IMG/VR virus record: IMGVR_UViG_3300028175_000001
Direction: 5' to 3' (one strand)
DNA: 64,000 nucleotides
Origin: a virus
Below are positions 55,997 through 64,000 of this stretch, one piece after another. Every line of letters starts with the position of its first letter. Position 1 is the first letter of the stretch. Position numbers and translations under genes: made by a program. Under the pieces are notes generated by a model. It saw nothing but the letters and a program-made list of their open reading frames with translations. It had not been told where the DNA came from and did no database searches.

Positions 55997-57862
55997 TTAA
56001 TAATTCACTATTGTAGTTTGAGTTGTTGCGGAATCAGTAGTAATAACTTGAGTTTGGTCAATAACTGTGGAAACATCATTCATTTTCAAATTAATATCCA
56101 TTTCTTGAATTGTAATTAATTGCGCCCTCAAAGATAAAACATCACTTAAAACTGGTATCATTATTATGCTAATTTCATTACCAATATATGAAAAAGGATC
56201 AAAAGCATTTAATATTAGTTTTCCAGTTATATAATTAACTGTACCAATATTATCTCTAACAAACAATTCAGTTCCTTCAGAATTTATTCTATAGATTTTT
56301 AGCACACCATTAAAATCTTTTATTCTACAGCCCTGTCTTAAAACATTTTGGTCATCTGTAATAGTAAATGAAGTAGAAGATATAGTAGCAGAATGATTCA
56401 AGTGAGGATGACTAATAGGATTATTATAGTTTAAAATATATGTTGATGAAGTATTCAATATTGGAGTTATTGTTTTTCTCAATCTAATAGCACAATCATT
56501 ACCTAATATAGAAAAATCAGTACTGTCAATTTTTGTTTGTAATTTTGACAGTCTAAATGTCTGTTCGAATTTATAAAGGTCCTCAGAAACATATGATTGT
56601 ATAGACCTTATAATACCACTTCTTAATGTTTGTGAAGTTTTTATTGTTTTTCGAGAATCAAAATTAACAGTTGTTGTTAATAAAATATAGATATAATCTA
56701 AATCAACAAACTCAGGCGTTATAGACGCAACGTTATATTTTTTAATAATATTGGTTTTAATATGATTTTTTATCGAATCAGTTAAATAAAGTCCTGATTT
56801 AGGTTTTATGCCTATAAAAACCTTCCCATATTCTGGTGGATCTGCATCTTCTCCGCCATATACAACTATTGATTCTGCTAACGGATAATCTCTTAATATT
56901 ATTCTTTTATAATCGTCCGTTGTTACTGCTCGATTTTGAGTACTATAGTGCCTAGGAGCATTAAATCTTATAGAATTAATAGTTTCTTCTTCTGACCCAC
57001 CCTCTGCTTTACTATTAGTCGTAATATTAACGGCCGAATAACCACCAGCAGTTGTCGCAACAGCGAAATTATTTGCACCATTTCCTAAACCACCCGAGCA
57101 GATATTATAATTAATAATAACAATATTACCCGTTATTAATTTTCTTCCTAAAACCCCGTCTCCAAATTTTATTTCGGTTAAAAAATCTGTACTTTCTTCT
57201 ATAAAAAACACATTTGACGTTGAACTAAGTTCAATCAAATCGGATGCTTGATTATAAGGAGATAATATTGTACTAGAAGAATTTTCTTTAATAGAAACTG
57301 TAATTGTCGAATGGTCAACTCCTCTATTAGGGACAGTAAATCTTTGTGACGAATCTTGTGTATTAGCAGTATAATTATAAGTTAAAGGATCTCCCTCGAT
57401 TAATGAAACATTTTGCACAACAACAGTTGCATTATCAGAATTTGCAGTTGTTGAATATGACTGATCTGTTACAAAAGTATAATTAATACCATTTATGGCA
57501 GAACCGAATCTTGTATTTTTTGCTATAGTAATATTTGCTGGAGCATCATCAGGAGTTATTGATATATTTACATTTGCTTTTGCGCCGGTTCTTGATTTTG
57601 GAACATATCCTAATAGTTTAGACAAAGAAATCATGGCACTTCTGGTAGTCGCTGAATCTATAAACATTTCATTTGCAACCATGTTCAAATAAAAAGCATT
57701 ATAATGAGTATTGTACGCTAAAATATCTAATAAATGAGCAATAGTAGAACCATCTAAATTATAGTCTCTAAAAACATCTTGTTCTTTAAGATAGCTTTTA
57801 AAATTGGTTTTTATTTGATCAAAATCTAATTCTGAAACTCTTAATTTAGTAGTTTCTGACAT
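55997..57862 (-). CDS. gp6: Baseplate wedge subunit gp6
   Basis: LDFDQIK, LLDILAYNTHY, NEMFIDSA, FGDGVLG, QNRAVTTDDY and YGKVFI. Confidence 0.95.
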   Translation of the reverse strand: MSETTKLRVSELDFDQIKTNFKSYLKEQDVFRDYNLDGSTIAHLLDILAYNTHYNAFYLNMVANEMFIDSATTRSAMISLSKLLGYVPKSRTGAKANVNISITPDDAPANITIAKNTRFGSAINGINYTFVTDQSYSTTANSDNATVVVQNVSLIEGDPLTYNYTANTQDSSQRFTVPNRGVDHSTITVSIKENSSSTILSPYNQASDLIELSSTSNVFFIEESTDFLTEIKFGDGVLGRKLITGNIVIINYNICSGGLGNGANNFAVATTAGGYSAVNITTNSKAEGGSEEETINSIRFNAPRHYSTQNRAVTTDDYKRIILRDYPLAESIVVYGGEDADPPEYGKVFIGIKPKSGLYLTDSIKNHIKTNIIKKYNVASITPEFVDLDYIYILLTTTVNFDSRKTIKTSQTLRSGIIRSIQSYVSEDLYKFEQTFRLSKLQTKIDSTDFSILGNDCAIRLRKTITPILNTSSTYILNYNNPISHPHLNHSATISSTSFTITDDQNVLRQGCRIKDFNGVLKIYRINSEGTELFVRDNIGTVNYITGKLILNAFDPFSYIGNEISIIMIPVLSDVLSLRAQLITIQEMDINLKMNDVSTVIDQTQVITTDSATTQTTIVNY

Positions 57863-58339
57863 TTAATTACCTCTTGTTGATTCTAAAAATGCTGTAAATG
57901 TTACTGGTTCAGATTCATTTACAACTGAAAAAATTATCTTAATGCGATAACCTGCACCATCTCTCTCATTATTAACAATTACGTCTAATATATTTGCTCT
58001 GGGTTCAAAGTTCGCAACTACAGATCTAATTTCATCTTCAATCAATTGTTCAGTAATTATATCGTGCGGCTCAAATAACAAATCCATTATGTTTGAACCA
58101 ATACCGGGCTGAAACACCCTTTCAAATTTTCTAGTTAGAATTAATTTTTTCAAAGATTCTTTTACTGCATTAGACCCTGTTTTTAAAGCAAGGTCTCCTG
58201 TATTAGGATTATGATAAAATTGTATATTTAAATCTCTAGGTGATAGTAGAGACAAAAATCTAATTGATTGCCTATCAGTAAGATCTAGTTGAGCCTGATC
58301 AAAGGTATAAAAGTCTTCTTGAGTTGAATTTGTAGCCAT
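57863..58339 (-). CDS. gp25: Baseplate wedge subunit gp25
   Basis: NAVKESLKKLILT..FERVFQP.IGS, LLFE and FEPRA; start placed at MATNS just after a late promoter (track start 58435). Confidence 0.9.
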   Translation of the reverse strand: MATNSTQEDFYTFDQAQLDLTDRQSIRFLSLLSPRDLNIQFYHNPNTGDLALKTGSNAVKESLKKLILTRKFERVFQPGIGSNIMDLLFEPHDIITEQLIEDEIRSVVANFEPRANILDVIVNNERDGAGYRIKIIFSVVNESEPVTFTAFLESTRGN

Positions 58340-58344
58340 ATGTA

Positions 58345-58352
58345 TATTTAGT
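58345..58352 (-). promoter_or_regulatory. Late promoter variant ACTAAATA, 5 nt before the gp25 ATG
   Basis: ACTAAATA-TACAT-ATG; same spacing as at gp8 and 38924. Confidence 0.6.
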
Positions 58353-58361
58353 CTTATTTTC

Positions 58362-58601
58362 TTATGAGAGAGTTCCTTTGCCTGTTCCCGCTCCAGAACC
58401 CGTTGTTGGACCCCCACCAGTTGAGCATACACCAACTCCAGTGGTTACAGTAGTCACTGAAGTAGTAACATCTGCGGCACTTACATAAGTGTGTATTGCA
58501 GTAGCCAATAATTCAGCAACTTTTTCTTCTGATCCTGCCGCAGATCCAATTTTAAATGCGGACTTTATATTAGTTTCTAATGTTTTTTTAAGCAGTGGCA
58601 T
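58362..58601 (-). CDS. Hypothetical small protein (possible baseplate spike tip/accessory)
   Basis: AAGGAG SD; LATAIHTYV then a T/G-rich tail; upstream of gp25. Confidence 0.6.
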   Translation of the reverse strand: MPLLKKTLETNIKSAFKIGSAAGSEEKVAELLATAIHTYVSAADVTTSVTTVTTGVGVCSTGGGPTTGSGAGTGKGTLS

Positions 58602-58610
58602 ACTGTCTCC

Positions 58611-61600
58611 TTATGCGGCAGTTGTGAATGAATTAAACCACGTTACATTTGTGGTTAAAGATTTTCCCCCTTCATTTGTTCCCCCCACAGTAGATCCGAC
58701 TCTTAAAAAATATCGAGTTCCCGCACTTAAACTTGCACCAAGTTGTATTTTTATTTGTGTTCCGAATTTACCGCACGGTGTAAGTGTTCCATTACCTATA
58801 GCGATAGTGGTTCCTGGAGAAAAATCATGAGCCGTTCCTAATTCTATTTCTGAATTCAATGCAAACGATGTCACATCAGGAACTTCATTAAAGTGTATGA
58901 TAATAGGAGTTGATTTTGATATTACTGAAGATTGACTCGGCATATTTACAGCCAAAGCGGAACCTACTTCTAATTCTATTTCTTGACCGTCTGCGGTGTA
59001 AACAGAAGCGTTCACTGCTTTAAAATCAATATTTGTGGCAGTATTAGCATAATACAATGTAGTAGAAAAAGCATTCTGCAAATTCATATCACCTTTATTT
59101 TTTGCTGTCTGAGTCACCTTAGCATAGAGGTTTTTATTTTGTGTTAAATTTAAACTCGTGTTTGACAATATTGCTGGTTGAAATTCAAATACAGTTTCAT
59201 TATTTGAAGTAATAAAGCTTGTACTCAATGGTATTGTATTCTGAAACCCGCTATCGTATGAAAGTAATATATTATAACCACTACGGACAGCGGAATCTAC
59301 AGCATTAAAATTAATACTTTCATCATCCATTGTTTGATTAAACGTGTAGATAACATTTGACTGAACATTAATAGAATTTTTAATTGATCCGCTTGTTGAC
59401 ACTAAACTGCCATCAGTATTAGTAAAAAACACATTTGCTACAATTGCAGTAGATGCGGTTTTAAATCCTGCACCAACCAAACCAGCTGTCCCAGCACTTC
59501 CTGTCCAAGCATAACCGTTCGATGTTCTTCCTACAATCCTTTCTATTGATGAAGTTCCGGCTAAAAATTCATTATCTTTTTTATTGTCTCTATACAATAT
59601 TCTTTTAGTTCCTGATGTAAAAGAAACAACATTTCCTTCTGCGGGATCAGTTATTGCAACATTATCAATTGTAAAATTAACAGAACTATTTACTTTACAC
59701 TCTTCGCCAGGAACCAAGGATTTAATAGATCCATCTTGACCGGGCAATTCCGTATATCTAATAGACGTTATAGCAGAATCGACTTCAATAGCATCTAAAA
59801 TTTGTCCATAACCCTTTGATGTTGTTCCCAAGAACGTATCTCCAGCAGTTAATCCAGTAGTTATTGTTCCTGTATTTGATTTAATCGTTAAAGTAATAAT
59901 ACCCGATATAATTTCCCCTGGAACAAAATAATCGGCAGAAGAAGGTGGATTGCTTTCTATCGAAAAAGTTTTTATAGAACTCACATTATCTGCTATCATT
60001 TGATTTCCTTCTTGCGAAGAATCACGAACGCTCTTAAAAACTTTTAAAGTATAAACAGTGTTTGCTGACAAATTCGCTACAGGAGTGAATTTAAATGTAT
60101 CATTATCTTCATCTGTCGATGATACACGCGGAATCGATGACATTTGTACAACTGTATTGTAATTATCAGAAGATAATTGGACTGTCCCGGTAGGCACCGT
60201 ACTTGTGGTTGCAGAAGTTATTGAATTTATATTCATACTCTCGGAAAACTGAATTACTAAAGATTCACCATTAAAATTTATGGGAACAGATTGATAATCA
60301 TCAGGAGAGGTTATTTCAGAAAGAGTTCCGCTTTCAAAAACTTTTCCCGCAAATCCAGAAGCACCAAAATCACTTGAACCAAATATTTTTTTAATTTCTG
60401 GCGGATCTTCGTCTTTTGAATAAATCACTTCTTTACCGGTTATTGGATCTCTGACAACCAAACCAGTCGCAATACCTTCAGTTGTTGTGAATTCATAAAG
60501 ACTATTTGTTTTTCCCAAATCTTGAATAGATGTTGTTGCTTTTATTTTATATCGATGTTCTCTTTTAAGAATTTCAGGAATAACCGCAAAAACAGAATTA
60601 CCCGCACTTGCTACTATTGAAACGCAAGATTCAATATCTTCAAAACCAGAATCGGATAACTGTATTGTGCTTGAAGATGAATCTTGCAAATATGCCCACG
60701 AATTAGAAGTTACAAAATCCCCAGTTGATCCATTTGCTGAAATTAAATGAGTACTGTTCGCAACTATAATGGTGCTTGTATTCATAGATTGACTGAAATT
60801 TATGAATATAGAATTAAATCTTTCATCATAAGTAGCTCCATTATCATTACTAATTTGAAGTTTGGGATTGCCGGGAGCGGGACTCTGTACACCTGAAAAA
60901 TTACTAGTTGACCCCATATCATATTGAAAAGTATTTGAAGACGGAACATACAAAACAGTTTTTGTCGTATTATAAATCGATTGAGTAGATCCAACAATTT
61001 TTATAAAACTACCGGTAGATAAATTATGAGGATGATTTGTAGACACAAGAGCAATAGCACCTTTTCTTGTAATTTGGGTAATTGTCAATTTTCTAGGAAA
61101 CGATCCTCCATTTTCAGGAAAGGTTGAAATCACTTTCGGAGCCGATGAATGAAAAGGATGCACATTATGTTCAGGAGAAGTATTCGCTTTTATATGAAAG
61201 CGAGTATAAGTATTCTGGGTCAAAGAAGTTGAAATATCAACTATAGAATTATTAACAAAAGAATCAGTTGTGATTTTTGCTTCAGAATCAATTGGAACAT
61301 ATGATAGAGTTGAATTATTGAACTTTATTAAGTTCCCTTTTGCACTTGAACTGGTTGGTCCGCTATCTTTAATTGTATAAAATGTTTTATTCATCAAGTT
61401 ATCGAGCCCATTAATCGAATTTTTCTGAGAGACAGATAATGATTTTTTTCTTATAGTATACGTATTAGACGCACTATTCGCTGATTTAGACCACATTAAT
61501 AAATCATTTTTATTCACATTTCTGTAATAATTTAACCCACCGGCATCACTTGCTCTACCATCCACTGGAATAGAAAAAGTGTCTGAAGTAATTTCTGTTA

Positions 61601-62543
61601 TTGTATATTCACCTATAGTGACTGCATTTCCACTTACGACATCGTAAATTTCGATTTTATCATTATCAATTAGGTGATGATTTATGCTAGTTATCACTAT
61701 AGGATTTGTAGCAGTATAAGTCACATTCATGTTATACGAATCAGGCTCTAATTGATATGTTAATTTCGTCCCATCTATAGATTGAATTTTTAAAACAGTT
61801 GATGCAGAAATTGTTCCATTTGCCCGATATAACCTCATATCATCCCCGCTCTCAAATTGTGGATGAGCATCGTTTGCTGAGACAGGACCTATTTCAGTTC
61901 CAAGCAATGAAGCAGGTTCAACTTGCATTGAAAATCCGTTATAATAATCGTTTGTAGTCACAAAACTCATTGTATTATCAGTAACAAACCCCTTTTCAGT
62001 ATTATAACTAATTTTTGATCCAGTCCAGTCAACTAAAGCATCATTATCTATTTTTAAAAAATAAGTGGTATTAGAAGAAAGATTTGCTTTTGGGGTAAAT
62101 TCATAAGTTATATTATCATCTGTTTTTGCAAGAGAAGACATTTCTACAAATTCGTCAATTGCAATGTTAGTATATGCGGTTTCTGGTAAAGAAGTCAATT
62201 TTAAGGATTGTAGATTATTGTCATCAGCAACATTTCCGGTAGTTCCAGTGACAACATGCGTTAGACCAATAGTTCCTATTACATTTTGATAAGCAACAGG
62301 TAATTCAATATCTTTATTAAATGTTTTGACAGAACTATTATCAACTTCTTGTGTAAACTTTATAGAAATTTTATTATCGATATCAGTAAAAATAGAACCG
62401 TTTTTTAAATCATCATTAGAATAATAATCCACGCCAGAAATACCAGATGTTCCAGCATATTCATATATTCCCGAATCACCAGCACTTCCGCTTGATGAAT
62501 AAGTTGTATAAGTTCCTGTTCTAGAAATTGCATTGTTAGACAT
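58611..62543 (-). CDS. Large virion protein with repeated Ig-like (Big_5/SbsA-type) domains
   Basis: Repeats of I.I.FSxxM...S and F.P..NLS.NT.Y.L; APKVISTFPENG. Confidence 0.7.
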   Translation of the reverse strand: MSNNAISRTGTYTTYSSSGSAGDSGIYEYAGTSGISGVDYYSNDDLKNGSIFTDIDNKISIKFTQEVDNSSVKTFNKDIELPVAYQNVIGTIGLTHVVTGTTGNVADDNNLQSLKLTSLPETAYTNIAIDEFVEMSSLAKTDDNITYEFTPKANLSSNTTYFLKIDNDALVDWTGSKISYNTEKGFVTDNTMSFVTTNDYYNGFSMQVEPASLLGTEIGPVSANDAHPQFESGDDMRLYRANGTISASTVLKIQSIDGTKLTYQLEPDSYNMNVTYTATNPIVITSINHHLIDNDKIEIYDVVSGNAVTIGEYTITEITSDTFSIPVDGRASDAGGLNYYRNVNKNDLLMWSKSANSASNTYTIRKKSLSVSQKNSINGLDNLMNKTFYTIKDSGPTSSSAKGNLIKFNNSTLSYVPIDSEAKITTDSFVNNSIVDISTSLTQNTYTRFHIKANTSPEHNVHPFHSSAPKVISTFPENGGSFPRKLTITQITRKGAIALVSTNHPHNLSTGSFIKIVGSTQSIYNTTKTVLYVPSSNTFQYDMGSTSNFSGVQSPAPGNPKLQISNDNGATYDERFNSIFINFSQSMNTSTIIVANSTHLISANGSTGDFVTSNSWAYLQDSSSSTIQLSDSGFEDIESCVSIVASAGNSVFAVIPEILKREHRYKIKATTSIQDLGKTNSLYEFTTTEGIATGLVVRDPITGKEVIYSKDEDPPEIKKIFGSSDFGASGFAGKVFESGTLSEITSPDDYQSVPINFNGESLVIQFSESMNINSITSATTSTVPTGTVQLSSDNYNTVVQMSSIPRVSSTDEDNDTFKFTPVANLSANTVYTLKVFKSVRDSSQEGNQMIADNVSSIKTFSIESNPPSSADYFVPGEIISGIITLTIKSNTGTITTGLTAGDTFLGTTSKGYGQILDAIEVDSAITSIRYTELPGQDGSIKSLVPGEECKVNSSVNFTIDNVAITDPAEGNVVSFTSGTKRILYRDNKKDNEFLAGTSSIERIVGRTSNGYAWTGSAGTAGLVGAGFKTASTAIVANVFFTNTDGSLVSTSGSIKNSINVQSNVIYTFNQTMDDESINFNAVDSAVRSGYNILLSYDSGFQNTIPLSTSFITSNNETVFEFQPAILSNTSLNLTQNKNLYAKVTQTAKNKGDMNLQNAFSTTLYYANTATNIDFKAVNASVYTADGQEIELEVGSALAVNMPSQSSVISKSTPIIIHFNEVPDVTSFALNSEIELGTAHDFSPGTTIAIGNGTLTPCGKFGTQIKIQLGASLSAGTRYFLRVGSTVGGTNEGGKSLTTNVTWFNSFTTAA

Positions 62544-64000
62544 TAAACCAATTCCCCAAATTCTACAGTTACAGGATGTATATCAAAGCCAATATTCAAC
62601 ATTTTTTTTTCTCTTAATGATTGTCCTTCGAGATTGGTGATACCCCGTTGAACTAAAATTTTATATTTTTCATTAGATCTTGTCAATGGGACTTTTGATT
62701 TTAAATCCACATTAAAAAATTGCTGTTTAAATTTACCAGTTTCTTCATCAGCATGAGCATCTCCTTCAATACTAGTTTTTGGTTGTTGATCAAATTGATG
62801 AAAAGATGTGTCGTCAGAAAACGAAACAGCTTTGGAAACCAACGATAAAGACGATGTTCCTTGATATAATACAACCGTATCATTTTCTGTAGGGGCATTC
62901 GCAAAAATAAAATTACCCATTTGTATTTTTGGAGAAAAATCTACAGTTTTTTCCATTTGTTTATTGATCGCATTTCTAGCAGATTTGTCTAATTTATAAG
63001 CATCGTTTGTAAATTTAATTCTTATAATTCCATCATCATCTATTCTTCCCAAGTTCTCTATTTCAACCCAATTACCGTCGCTGTCTTGTCCTTGTATTTC
63101 TTTTACATAAGGTGCTATTTTTTGAGCAATACTATCTTCTCCATCATATAAATTAGCAAGAAATCCTTGCCCAAGAGTTGCCAGTCCATTAAAATTGTTC
63201 ATAAACTTATCAAATTTTAATATATCAGGACCCTGAGCAAAAAACACAATAGCACCAGAATATTTTAAATTATCAAGCTCACTTAAGCTTTTAGGGATTC
63301 CGTCGGGTTCTATTTCATCATCAGACTTTACTCCTGGTTTTAAAACTTGTCTTTTCACCGTTTTATTTAATCCAGTAAAAGGGTCTTGTATTGTGGCATC
63401 TATTTCTATTGTTTCAAGACTTATCTCTCGTACTTTATTTTTAGCAGTCTGCAATGCTTTTAACTTTCCTAGTTTCTCTTTAAAATCACTAACACCATCA
63501 CCATTAAACATAACAGAATAAAGACCAGCCGCATTTAATCCCTTAGAGAAAAATGCGATCAATTGTTGAATTTGATCATTTAATCTTTGTATTGCTATTA
63601 TTTGTCTTTCTAAAAATGCTATGTACTCATCTAATTTTTTGGATATACTTTCAACTTGTTTTTTAAAACCCTTTACCATGCCAATTGCTTCTTGTATAGT
63701 TGCACCGTATGCTGGAAATAAATCTGATACTCTTAAATATTTCCAATTAGGCGAAATATTTTTATTAGACGAAGAAATTTGAAACGGTTGATTGGGAGGA
63801 CCATTACTATCAGCTTCCGAGGGTATTCTTGTTTTCCAAGAATAAACTACACCATTTGGTGGAGATATAGCCCCTTTCATATCAAAATTTAAAAAAGCAG
63901 TATCATATGTCCCATCATAATCTAAAATTCCTAATTCAATTTCAAGCGTATTCATTCCGATGGGTCTGGGCGATGCTTGAGAATGTGCTTTATCTGAATA
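62543..64000 (-). CDS. Hypothetical structural protein, 5'-truncated by the window edge
   Basis: The frame of 62543..63955 stays open to 64000 (YSDKAHSQASPRPIG before the Met); central coiled coil. Confidence 0.6.
   Translation of the reverse strand, partial: YSDKAHSQASPRPIGMNTLEIELGILDYDGTYDTAFLNFDMKGAISPPNGVVYSWKTRIPSEADSNGPPNQPFQISSSNKNISPNWKYLRVSDLFPAYGATIQEAIGMVKGFKKQVESISKKLDEYIAFLERQIIAIQRLNDQIQQLIAFFSKGLNAAGLYSVMFNGDGVSDFKEKLGKLKALQTAKNKVREISLETIEIDATIQDPFTGLNKTVKRQVLKPGVKSDDEIEPDGIPKSLSELDNLKYSGAIVFFAQGPDILKFDKFMNNFNGLATLGQGFLANLYDGEDSIAQKIAPYVKEIQGQDSDGNWVEIENLGRIDDDGIIRIKFTNDAYKLDKSARNAINKQMEKTVDFSPKIQMGNFIFANAPTENDTVVLYQGTSSLSLVSKAVSFSDDTSFHQFDQQPKTSIEGDAHADEETGKFKQQFFNVDLKSKVPLTRSNEKYKILVQRGITNLEGQSLREKKMLNIGFDIHPVTVEFGELV

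Noticed and set aside
31420..58830. Short plus-strand ORFs inside structural genes (e.g. 32887..33144, 42398..42790, 54542..54886, 58489..58830)
   Set aside because: Antisense to well-supported genes, with no SD or promoter and no recognisable motifs
1..64000. Genome-wide stop-codon reassignment
   Set aside because: Conserved genes are full length under the standard code, and TAA, TGA and TAG all end genes at coupled junctions

Overview
AT-rich window from a large T4-like (myovirus) phage genome, with nearly all genes on the minus strand. It carries the virion morphogenesis module in recognisable T4 order. Reading from the right end: Ig-like and other structural proteins, gp25, gp6, gp7, gp8, a large baseplate/fibre protein, gp13, gp14, gp15, gp16, gp17, gp18, gp19, gp20 portal, then gp21, gp22 and gp23. 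The striking feature is a ~22.5 kb co-oriented, tightly coupled island (6.5-29.0 kb) between the portal and the prohead genes. It encodes (i) a Gly-X-Y Ser/Ala/Thr fibre protein; (ii) a RiPP-like module, with a 203-aa protein ending in 12 tandem C-[N/D]-C-[N/D]-[F/H]-C-P heptads followed by three radical SAM enzymes (two with SPASM-type Cys clusters); and (iii) a lipid/polyketide module with ACP, SDR, type III PKS, AcpS-type PPTase, three membrane desaturases, three 2OG-Fe(II) oxygenases and a Rieske oxygenase. T4-type late promoters (TATAAATA) are visible, several placed so that transcripts would be leaderless. I saw no tRNA, rRNA, CRISPR array or integrase. All product calls come from motif recognition by eye, without database searches.
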